In this document: piece after piece, positions 23,020 to 34,008 of the stretch
How positions within the stretch are numbered: position 1 is the stretch's first letter
Layout of the letters: each line of letters opens with the position of its first letter
Assembly (NCBI RefSeq): GCF_963921235.1
Contig: NC_086107.1
Location: forward strand, 99,202,001-99,266,000
DNA: 64,000 nt
Reading direction: 5' to 3'
Origin: Mobula hypostoma
Lineage: Eukaryota
Notes under the pieces: generated by a model
Databases searched by the model: none
Seen by the model: only the letters and a program-made list of their open reading frames with translations
What the model was told of the DNA's origin: nothing
Program-made: the position numbers and the translations under genes

Positions 23020-26000
23020 AAAACATAAAGTGTGTGCCTTTGGGTTCCTGTACCACCCCCTTGATGGTAGCAATGGGGAGAGGGCATGTCGCGGATGGAC
23101 ACTGCCTCCTTGGGCCGTACTTCTTGACGAAGTGTGGCCAGTGCCCATGATGGAGTCGACTGATCTCTGCAGCTTTTTTTTTCGATGCTGTGCATCGGAG
23201 CCTCCACACCAAGCAGTGCTGTAAACCAGCCGGAATGCTCTCCACGGGGCATCTGTAGACATTTGCTAGTCTTCGGTGGCGGCATACCAGATCTCCTCAG
23301 TGGGCGCTGTGTGGATCAGTGATCTAGTTTCTATTCCAGACTGAGAGAAGGGAAGACTTTTGGACCGTTGGGGGGTGGGGGGGAGGAAGGGCTACTGGAC
23401 CAGGAGATGAGGTCAAAGGGCAGTCACAGCATAACAGACCAGTAGGGACAAATGTCATTCTCCTGCTTCTATTTCCTGCATTCCAACGTCGGGGTCTTTC
23501 TGGAGTGAACCCTCAGATTCTTGGACTGAACCCCATGACCGACTTGGTGCCCAATATTAGATTCCAAGTGAATTTCCCAACACTGCTGTGACAAAGAGGG
23601 TGGTCCTAACTTTCTGAAGAGGATCAATGCAGCCCCTCAAGCCTCATAACAACGTAACAGATCAAGAGCAGGACTAGGCCATGGGGCCCTTCAGACCTAC
23701 CCAACCTTCAATATGATCAGGCCTGATCTACCGCAGGCCTCACTCAGTTCCTGCTCCATGCCAGCTCCCCATCACCCTCGATCCCCCTACCTTACAAAAA
23801 CTGATCACTTTAAACACTGAACAAGCTAACCTCCACACACCTCTGGCAGAGAATTCAAGAGAGTCATCACCCTCTGCAAGAAAAAATTCATATCCACCTC
23901 AGTTGTAAATAATATTCCTCTTATCTTGAAACTATGTCCCCATATTTGAGGCTCTCCCACTAACGAATACATCTCAATGCCCTCTGATGATCTTACATGT
24001 TTCACTAAGATCTATCTTTGTTCTTTTAAACTCTCTTGGTAGGACAACCCTTTCATCCCAGGAATTAGCCTGGTGCATCTCCTCTGGATTGTCTCCAGTA
24101 CGATTATATCCCCTCTTGGGTAATGGGACTAAACCTGTGCATACCACTCCAGATGTTGCCTCACCAACATCCTCTTTTGCCTTTCATTCAGGTCAGGCCT
24201 CATCTTGCTCTTTGACACCATTTAAAAATGCTCACTGGGTTAAAAAACCACCTGCTTGTTGGAAAGCTGTTGATTCCAATTTTCAGAGCTCTTTGGGAGG
24301 GAGTTAGGGATTCTCACTGGGGCATTTCTCATGATGGGCACTCTGAGCTCCCTGTGGTACAGGATCCAAAATGGTCTTGGCCCTCCAGATGTGGCCTAAC
24401 CAGATGTCATCATGGTATAGATTCAGATTCAGATTTACCACATACAGTGAAACATGCAGTGAAACGCATCATTTGGGTTAACAACCAACACAGCCAAGGG
24501 TGTGCTGGGGGCAGCCCGCAAGTGGCACCTCGCGTTCCGGCACCAACTTGTCATGCCCACAATGTTCAGCAGCACAATACAGGCAGCAACAACAGCAAAA
24601 CAAACCAAGACAACAGCAGCAAAGCAGGCTCCTTTCCCACCCCCATCTCCTCAGACACATACCCAGACCTCCAACCCCAGGGCAGGCTGCCTCTGGGCCT
24701 CTAGGCCTTGGCCCCAAACCTTCAAATTCACATGCATTGGGCCTTGAACCTTCAGTTCCGGCCCGACCTCGCAGACTCACCCCTCAGGCCTTTACCTCCA
24801 GACTCACTGACTTTGGTCCTGGACCTTCAGACCTCTGCATCGGACCTGCTGGGCTCGGTCAGGAATTCTCCCAGTGCAGCTGGTACTCACCCTCTGCATC
24901 GGCGGAGACTGCGAATGGTTCTGAGAGTTTCCAAACGCATACTTCTCCGGTTTGACCCTCGGTCACCCATCTCTCACTCTCTGCCTCAGCATCCAGAGCA
25001 TCGTTATCTCCAGACCTGACTATTCCCACACAGCCTGGATGGCCTCCCTGTTTCATAACGAGTGTCCCTTTCACCCAGGCCTGCTCTTCCCATAGACCCA
25101 TCGCTGATTTTAGGGCACAATGTGCGCAGCACAGTAGGGTAAGGCTACCACAGTGCCAGCGACCCAGGTTCAATTCCTGCCATGGTCTGTAAGGAGTTTG
25201 TACATTCTCCCCATGACCGTGTGGGTTTCCTACAAATGCTCCAACGTCGTAAAGGTTAATTGGTGTAATTGGGTATTGCAGGCTCATTGAGCCAGAAGGC
25301 CTTGTTATAATGCTGCATCTCGAAATAAATCAAAAGGATTCAACTTTATATTCCGACTTCTCCATTGCTTCACCTTCCTGCTCTTTGCCACCTCTTCCAA
25401 AGTAAATTTTACTATCACATACGCAATCCTGAGATTGATTTTCCTGAGGGCCTACTCAGCAAATCTATAGGATAGTAGCTATAACAAGATCGATGAAAGG
25501 TCAACCGGAGGGCAGAAGATAACAAACTGTGCAAATGCAAATATAAATAAGTAGCAATAAATAATGAGGACATGAGATAACGAGTCCTTAAAGGGAGATC
25601 ATTGGATGTGGGAAAATCTCAATGGATGGTCAAATTGAGTGTAGTTATCCCCTTTTGTCCAAGGGTCTGATGGTTGAGGGGTAGTAACTGCTCCTCAAGC
25701 CTGGTCGTGCGAGTCCTGAGGCTCTTGTACCTTCTACCTGACGGCAGCAGCGAGAAAAAAGCCTGTCCTGGGTGGTAGGATCTCTGATGATGGATGTTGC
25801 TTTCCTACGACAGTGCTTCATGTAGCTGTGCTCAGTAGTTGGGAAGGCTTCATCCCCATGATGTGTAGCACCTCAACCTCAGATTTTTCTTCATTCCCTC
25901 AAGGCTGGCCTCTTTCTCCTCCCAGTTTTACTCAACTCATCATTGACAGCTGGGGAAACATCCCATCCCTTCCACCAGTTACATCACCAAACACCCCCAT

Positions 26001-26724
26001 TTCTCTAACTCTGGGCCCAACAAATCTATTAGAAGTGGGTGCAGGCCATTTGGCCCTTTGAACCTGCTGCAGTGTACATTCAAGATCATTCAAAGTAAAT
26101 TTATTATCGAAGTCCATATATGCCGGCACATTCGACATTGAGACTCATTTTCTCGCAGGCATTCACAGTAAAAATAAAGAAAAACAAAATAGGATTAATG
26201 AAAAACCGACAAAGGAAGAAAGACTGACAAACAACCAATGCACAAAAGGAGACTGACTACAAATAAAAAGATAAATAATACTGAGAGCGTGAGTTTTGGA
26301 GTCCTCGAAAATGAATCCATAAGTTGTGGATTGGAGCTGAGGTGAGTGAAATGATCAACGCTGGTTTAGGAACCTGAGGTTGAAGGTAGTTTTGAAACTA
26401 GTGGTGTGGGACTGAAGGCTCCTGTATCTCCTGCCCAATGGTAGTAATCAGAAGTGGACATGGCCTGGAGGTGGGGGACCTTGAGCATGGCTATTCTTCC
26501 AACTTTGGCATTGATTTCCTGCCTTTATCCTCAAATCCATCGATCCTCTTAACATCCAGAAGCCTGTTTACCAAGGTTTGCCAGATCTCTGGATTAGAGG
26601 GCATTTGCTGTAAGGAGAAGTTGGACCAACTTGGGTTGTTTTCTCTGGAGCTGCAGAGGCGAAGGACATGACCTGATAGAGGGAACAGATAGAATAGAGA
26701 GACTGTAGATAGATAGATCTATAG

Positions 26725-27180
26725 ATAGACTGTCATATGTTGAAAGATTGGAGTGACTGGGGTTGTATACACTGGAATTTAGAAGGATGAGAGGGGATCT
26801 GACTGAAACATATAAGATTATTAAGGGATTGGACATGATAGAGGCAGGAAACATGTTCCTGATGTTGGGGGAATCTGGAACCAGAGGCCACAGTTTAAGA
26901 ATAAGGGGTAGACAATTTAGAAAGGAGTTGAGGAAAAACTTTTTCACGCAGAGGGTTGTGGTTCTGTGGAATGCTCTGCCTCAGAAGGCAGTGGAGGCCA
27001 ATTCTTTGGATTCTTTCAAAAAAGAGTTAGATAGAGCTCTTAAAGATAGTGGAGTGAAGGGATAAGGGGAGAAGGCAGGAAAAGGGTACTGATTGTGAAT
27101 GATCAGCCATGATCACAGTGAATGGTGGTGCTGGCTCGAAGGGCTGAATGGCCTACTCCTGCACCTATTGTCTATTGTCT
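26725..27180 (+). mobile_element. Relatively young CR1 LINE 3' end nested in an older CR1
   Basis: Open ORF2 C-terminus LEFRRMRGDLTETYKIIKGLD...RGHSLRI...FFTQRVVVLWNALPQKAVEA...; tail (CTATTGT)2. Confidence 0.85.
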
Positions 27181-27789
27181 GGAGAGCCAACGTCTTTTCC
27201 TCTGGGTTGAAATGTCTATTACTAGGGGGCATGCATCTGAGGTGGGGTGGGGGGAGGAATAATTCAAAGGAGCTGTGTGGGGCAAGTTTTTTTTACACAG
27301 ATAGTGGTGGTAGTCAGGAAAGTGCTGCCGGGGAGGCAAAGATAACAGAGCCATTTAAGATTAGGCACATAATTACACAACGAATGGAGAGATTTGGACA
27401 TTTAGTTAGGATTTTAATTACTAGTTTAATTAGCTTGGCACAACCGTGGGGGCAGAAAGGCCTGTTTCTGTGCTGTACTGTCCAATGTTCACTGATCTCC
27501 CTTCTGTGTGAACAGTGTCTGAGCATCCAATGCCCTTGGGGGAGAAATTTCAAAGGTTAATCACTCTCTGAGTGAAAAACCTCTTGACATCTCAGCCCTG
27601 AATAGTCTACCCCTTATTCTGAGACCCTCCCTCATTAACACACTCCACCATACCTGTGGCACCTTTCCAAAAGCAAATTGCTGCCGGAGTTGAAATATCT
27701 GATATTGGGGATGCTCAGCAGGTCAGCAGCATCTGTGGAGAGAAATGTTTCAAGTTGGTGGCTGCTTGTTAAAATCTGAAGATCTCGTT

Positions 27790-28555
27790 AAGATCTGACA
27801 CCGATGGTTGGCCTCATCAATGACGATGATGAGATGGCGTACAAAGAGGAGGTAGAACGGTGTGAGCTCAACAACTTGAGTCTCAATGTGGACAAGACCA
27901 GAAAGATGATTGTGGGCTTTAGGAAGGCTTGGGCTGACCATTCCTCACCACACGTAAACGGCTCCTCCGTGGAGAGCGTTAGGAGCACCAAGTTTCCGGG
28001 AGTGCACGTAATGGACAACCTCAGCTGGTCCATCAACACCATCTCTTTGGTCAAGAAAGCACAGCAGCATCTCCACTGCCTGAGGAGATGAGGTGAGTGA
28101 GGTTTCCCCTCTATTTCCCCCCCAGCTCCTCCATTTAACGGAGCACCATTGAGCGTGGCCTGACCATCCCATCATTGTCTGGTACAGGAGTTGCAGGGCG
28201 TTTGACCACAAGCCCCCACAAAGGACTGCAAGGGCTGCTGAGGGGATCATGGGGGTCCCTCTTCCACCCATCAGAGATATTGACCTAGAGAGCTGCATAT
28301 GCAGCACCTTTAGCATTATCAGAGATCTCTCCCATCTTTCCAATAATCTCTTCGACCACCTACCATCAGTCAGGAGGTACTGTAGCATTCAGTCAAGAAC
28401 TGTTAGGAGGGGAAACAGCTTCTTCCTCCAGGCCTTAAGACTACTGTACATCCTGCCACCACCCAGGTCTCATCACCCATGAAGCGCTAGTAGCATTTTA
28501 ATGTTTACTTTTTAAGTTGAGTCATAAATGCAACCTATTATTTGTTAATTTATTT
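27790..28555 (+). mobile_element. Rex1/Babar-like LINE ORF2 3' fragment
   Basis: VGLINDDDEMAYKEEV..NNLSLNVDKTRKMIVGFRK..FPGVHVMDNLSWSINTISLVKKAQQHL; later LFDHLPSVRRYCSIQSRTVRRGNSFF. Confidence 0.75.
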
Positions 28556-29103
28556 GTGGATTCCAATTAATTGGGACCAGTGCGCTTTAGCACAATCAAG
28601 CCGCAGTCCATCTAGCTGATGTTTCATGGAAATAGTTTAAAGAAGACTAACAAGTTGCATATTTGAATGAGATTCAGAACAAATTGGAATACTACCAATG
28701 TTAATACAGTAGCGGAGAGCGAGTTTGTAAATCTGGCAGGAGCAAAAGATGTTGGGAATGGCGAGGGTGGAGTGCTGCAGGAGGGATGTGGGGCAGATGG
28801 CAGAGAAGGAGTGCTGGGGTTGGTGGGGGGGGGGAGTTGGTGCGGGTGCAGACGTACCCACCTGATACACCAGACAAGGTAATTTGATTCCAAACTATTG
28901 GTTTATAGATCATTACAGAACGTCTCTCTGGTGCTTCCTGCTCCCTTCCCCTTTTTTCAACCATGATTTTCCTCTCCCTGTCCCCTTCCCACTCTCAGTC
29001 CACAATAGACACCCAAATCAAAATCAGGTTCATCATCACTCACATACGTCCTGAAAGTTGTTTGTTTTTGCAGCAGCAGTACAATGCAATACATAAAATT
29101 ACT

Positions 29104-29172
29104 ACAGTACTGTGAAAAAGTCTTGGGCACCCTAGCTGTATATATGTGCCCAAGGCTTTTACACAGCGCTAT
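29104..29172. mobile_element. Miniature Tc1-like inverted-repeat element within a composite repeat (related copy at about 14445-14900)
   Basis: CAGTACTGTGAAAAAGTCTTGGGCAC ... GTGCCCAAGGCTTTTACACAGCGCT inverted pair around a spacer of about 15 bp. Confidence 0.55.
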
Positions 29173-30214
29173 GAATTTCAATGTGGCATAGATAGGATAA
29201 ATTGGCTTATTATTGTCAGTCATACAGTAAAAAAATTGTTCTGCATTCAGATCATTTCATCTCATCAGTGCTTTGAGGTAGCAAGACTGCGACAGTTACT
29301 GAGAAAGTGCAGTGCAGGCAGAGAATAAGGTGCAAGGCCAGGACAAGGTAGATTTTGAGGTCGAGAGTCCACCATATGGTGTGGTATAAAGTGGTGTTCA
29401 ATCATATTATAACTGCAGGACAGAACCTGCTCCTGAGCCCGGCGGTTTGTGATTTCAGGGTCAAGTTCAATGGGAGGAGAGAGAAGAGAGAACGTCTGGG
29501 GGTGGTGTAGGGTTTTTGATCACACTGGCTGCTTTATCCTGGCAGCTTAAAGAGCAGGCAGAGTGAATGGAAGGTAAAGCCACTGCTTGTGAATGAAATG
29601 GATTCACACACGACAGACAAAATTTAATCCAGACAGGTGTTCAGTAACATATTTCAGTAGGAAGAATAATGAGAGTTGATATAAATGGTACTGCTCTGAA
29701 GAGACTGTGCAGGAAGAAGAAATCTAAAGTGTTTATGTATAGAAACCTTTGATGTTAATGATTCATGTTTATAGAAAGTGTGGTTTTTTTCTGCAGAAAA
29801 AGCATACAGACCCTTAGCCCTTCTAGAGATGCATAATACAAAAGCAAGTAGATAGTTCTAAACCTCTAAATAGGAATCTGCTTATTATTTACACCAGTTG
29901 TAGACATTTAATTCTGCTTCCTATTTCTTGCCAGGGACAATGGGTTGAATCGTCTCCTGAGTCATAACCTTTCTGTGATTGTTCACCTCTTTCCCCTTTT
30001 TGCACTCCTCCCCCCCCCCGCTGTAAATATAACAGCACTGTCTCCTGCAGTTGTCGTCCCCTGGAATTCTCTTCCCCTCTGTTAAAATTGAGGTGAAGAG
30101 CCCATTTTAAAAAGGATTGTTGCTGACAGTTCTCACACCAGGACGGATGGGTGCTGTTCAGTCCACCCTGGAGCAATTAACCAGTGGAATCCTTCCACAG
30201 TGACACACACACAC

Positions 30215-31540
30215 ACACACACACAAACAAAGCTGGTGGGACTCAAGTGAGTCAGGCAGCGTCTATGGAGAGAATTGAATAGTCAAAGTTTTGGGCTGAG
30301 ACCCTTCGTCAGGACTGGTGAGGAAGGCGGCAAAAGCCAGAATAAGAAGGGGGTAGGGTAGGGGAAGGTGTGCAAGCTGGGAGGGGTTAGGCGAGAACAA
30401 GCGAGAGAGAAGTGGGTGGGTGGGGAAAGGGGGATGAAGTGAGAAGCTGGGAGGGGATAGGTGGAGCAGGTAAAGGGCTGAAGAAGAGGGAATCTAATAG
30501 GAGAGGGCAGTGGACGATGGAAGAAAGGGAAGGAGGAGGGGAGTGATTCAGAGGCCAGAAGAGGAGCGAGAGGGTAACCAGAATAGGAGGCATCTGTTAG
30601 TCTTGCGAGACCATGGATCTGCGCCCGGAAAGTCTTCACTCTCCAGGGCGCAGGCCTGGGCAAGGTTGTATGGAAGACCGGCAGTTGCCCATGCTGCAAG
30701 TCTCCCCTCTCTACGACACCAATGTTGTCCAAGGGAAGGGCATTAGGACCCATACAGCTTGGCACCGGTGTCGTCGCAGGGCAATGTGTGGTTAAGTGCC
30801 TTGCTCAGGGACAGAACACGCTGCCTCGGCTGGGGCTCGAACTAGTGACCTTCAGGCTGGTCGAACGCCTTAACCACTTGGCCACGCGCTAGAAAAAGAG
30901 CGCAGGGAGGAAGGACAAATTAGCAGAAGTTGGAAAAATCCACGCTCACGCCATCAGGTTGGAGGCTATCCAGACGCTGTATGTAGTGATTCTCGTTCAG
31001 CCTGAGTTCGGCTTCATCCTGGCGGTAGAGGAGGCCATGGACCGACATGTCGGAATGGGAACGGGAAGTCGAATTGGAATAGGTGATCCTGTCTTTTGCG
31101 GTGGACGGACCGAAGGTGCTCGACAGATCTGCGTCCGGTCTCACCGATGTAGAGGAGGCCGCCATAGGGGCACCGGACCCCCGCAGGTGAAATGTCGCCT
31201 CACCTGGAAGGGCTGCTATGGGCCCTGAGTTGGTGGCGAGGGAGGGAGGTGTATGGGCAGATGTGGCGCTTGCCCCGCTTGCAAAGGGTAGATTCGTGGG
31301 GAGGGACGAGTGGACAAGGGAGTCACGGAGAGCGCCGTCTTTATGGAAAGTGGAGAGGCGGGGGAGATGTTGGATCCCTCTCGGGGTGACAGAAGTTACA
31401 GAGAACAATGCGCTGATTGCGGACGCCCGTGGGGTGGAACTTGAGGGCAAGGAGAACCTTATTGCTGTCTTTACAGCTGCCGAAAGTAGTGAAGGCAGCT
31501 GGACGGGAAATGGAGGAGATACGGGCGAGAGCAGCTGGTG
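30215..31540 (-). mobile_element. Penelope-like element 3' part (GIY-YIG remnant and pLTR), interrupted by the SINE
   Basis: ALRDSLVHSSLPTN ... YSNSTSRSHSDMSVHGLLYRQDEAELRLNENHYIQRLDSLQPDGVSVDFSNF; degenerate hammerhead core at about 30280-30317. Confidence 0.75.
30588..30889 (-). mobile_element. tRNA-derived CORE-like SINE inserted in a Penelope pLTR
   Basis: On the - strand: A-box TGGCCAAGTGG, B-box GTTCGAGCC, then TGTCCCTGAGCAAGGCACTTAAC (CORE-like). Confidence 0.7.
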
Positions 31541-33932
31541 GTTTCAATATTCTCTTCGGGCCCCAAGCTGATGTACTTTTGTTCTGATTCTGGACCCTGG
31601 TCGGGCAGCAGCCGAACGGGAAATGGTCTCTTCATTCGGACTCGAGACGCCGACTGTCCACAGATGCTGACTCCATCGCCTTGTTTGTCACTCCAGAATA
31701 AATAAATAAACAGAATAAATAGCTGTGGTAAATAAATGAATCCGAGGCAGATACCGGCACTTGCTGTGTCCTTATCTCAGTCTTCTAGGCGGGCCTCCCC
31801 ATCGGACCCCATCCAAATGCACTGGGAGATACACAATCATCAGAATCGGAATTCAAATCAGAACCAGGTTTATTGGCACTAAAATAAGGCGGGAAATATG
31901 TTGTTTTACGACCAAGTGTGCAAGTACAACAAATTACTCTCAGTGACAAATTAGCGCAAAGGCATGGGTTCGTGGACCGTTCGGAAATCTGATTGCAGAG
32001 GGCAAAGGAGCTCTTCTTAACACGTTGATTGTGGGTTTTGAGGGTCCCGTACCTCCTCCCCGGTGAAAGGGAGAACGTTCCTTTCGTGGCGGGTTGCCGC
32101 CTGCCGGAGGCGCCGATGATGGGGAGGTCTGTGCCCGTGATGGAGCTGGCTGAAGAGACGGGTGGAGATAAGTCTACAGACATGCTCAAGTTTTCTACAA
32201 CATCGAAGAAAGCCGGTTAGTCCCTCGTTCTTGTGCTGTCTCTTCCGCTGCGCCCAGTCGGAACCGCTCCCTTCCCTGGCGACTCCAGAGAGCGCAGATG
32301 CTGGATGGGATCTGGAGCAGCAAACCATCTGCTGGAGGAAGATGCACTGCTGAGGGGAACAGAAATGAGCGACGTTCCGGGTCGAAACCCTGCATCGGAA
32401 CTCGAAACGTCGACAAGTCCTTTTTCCTTCAGCAGTACTGCTTGCACGCCCCCCCCCCACCTCCATGAGTTCCTCCGGCAGATCGTTCGTTGCGAACCAC
32501 CCTCCCTTCTCTTTCCACAGCAACGCGCGCAAAATGACCCCCAGCAGGTCAGGCAGCATCCGTGGAAAATGAATAAACAGTCGACGTTGCTCTCTCCGCA
32601 GCCCTTATTAATCGATTATTTCTAACTGTGGCGAAGCGTGAGTGCGGGGAAATGGGTTGCAGCACAGAGTTCTGAGCAGGGAGGGGCCGACGTTGTCCGG
32701 GTGTAGTGTGCAGAATGAAGTCTGCTTTCTCGGGAAGGTCCAAGATCTCGTGTCCTTCCCCCCACCATTTCAAAGCAAATTACTCTCTCGTCCTGGCCGA
32801 TATTTACCCTTTAATCACTATCACTGACGAGTTAACTTGGTAATCGCCACCACACTGTTGGCTGGTACACCTTTGGCTGTAAATGAATGGTATCACGGTT
32901 GTAACCGCACTCTGTCAGCGCTTCAGCACCGCTGAAGTGCTTCCGGGGGTTTAATGATTGGGTATCTTAGTAGTTGTATAAAATGTGCCCCTCTCCACAC
33001 CACACACACACCCGTTCATTTATCCAGCTCCTTTTTTTGAAAGTTACTACCGGACCTGCTGCCATCAGCCTTTTAAGGAGCAGACAGTGCCGGAGGATTT
33101 TGGAAAATTCGGGGATCTGGGGACTGCACAGACCGGCGGAAAGAGAAGCTGAGAGATCTCCCCACTCACATTGATCTCATTCCATATTAGTCTATCCATC
33201 CACTGAGGGCAAACTGTAAATCTGGGAACCTGGGAATATGCGGAAACGGCTCCTCCCCCCCCCCCCCCGCTGCTTTGCCTCAATCAAATGCGGGCTCGTC
33301 TACGACACCATTCCCCTACATATCGTTTATCGAACAAAAATCTCCACCTTGGTAATGACAAACAACACCCCCGCCCCAGCTCCCACTGAGGTCTGGGGCC
33401 AAGTTTTTCGCCTTCCACTACCCTTTGTGTGAGAGAAAGTAGCCCTGAAAGAGCAAGAGAATTGTGCCCCCGGAATCAAAGGAAATATTTTCTCTCTCTC
33501 TCTTCTCATTCCACCATCCTCGCATACCTAGATTACAACACCCGCAATCGATTTAGGAACAAAGAACCTCGCTTATGCACCTCTGCACATGATTTAAATT
33601 GTAACTCCTGGCACAATTCTGGCGGATGTGCACCGCACCCACCAACACCATATGCATTTTCCCGCAAGAGAATTTTATGCTACCAATTGCAAATGTGGAC
33701 GCTTTAAAACTGCGACGAGGAGGTTGTCTGGAAAATGGTTTCCAGTATTGGTGCGAGAGTGGCCTCTCCGTCCCCCAGATACATGTGATGATAGACAGCT
33801 CGCCACCGCCGCCACCCACCCCCTCCCAACCTTCCAGACTCGCCGGAGCGCAGAGCAATGGATGGGATCGGGAGCGAGCGGCGCTCAGCCAGCCGGGTCT
33901 GGCAGCGGCGTGAAGCAAACCCGGAGCGCGGG

Positions 33933-33946
33933 GCGTCACGTGACGC
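33933..33946. promoter_or_regulatory. CLEAR/USF-type E-box palindrome
   Basis: Perfect 14-bp palindrome GCGTCACGTGACGC containing GTCACGTGAC (33935-33944), about 45 bp upstream of the candidate ATG. Confidence 0.75.
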
Positions 33947-33987
33947 GGAGCAGCAGCGGCGCCGCGGGAGGGGGTGCGCGAGCGGGA

Positions 33988-34008
33988 ATGGAGGCGGCGC
34001 GAGCGGCG
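33988..34008 (+). CDS. Candidate coding part of first exon (MEAARAA) of an unidentified gene
   Basis: ATG in strong Kozak context (GGGAATGG), followed in phase 0 by the consensus donor GCG|GTGAGT at 34009. Could alternatively be an upstream ATG in a 5' UTR exon. Confidence 0.5.
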
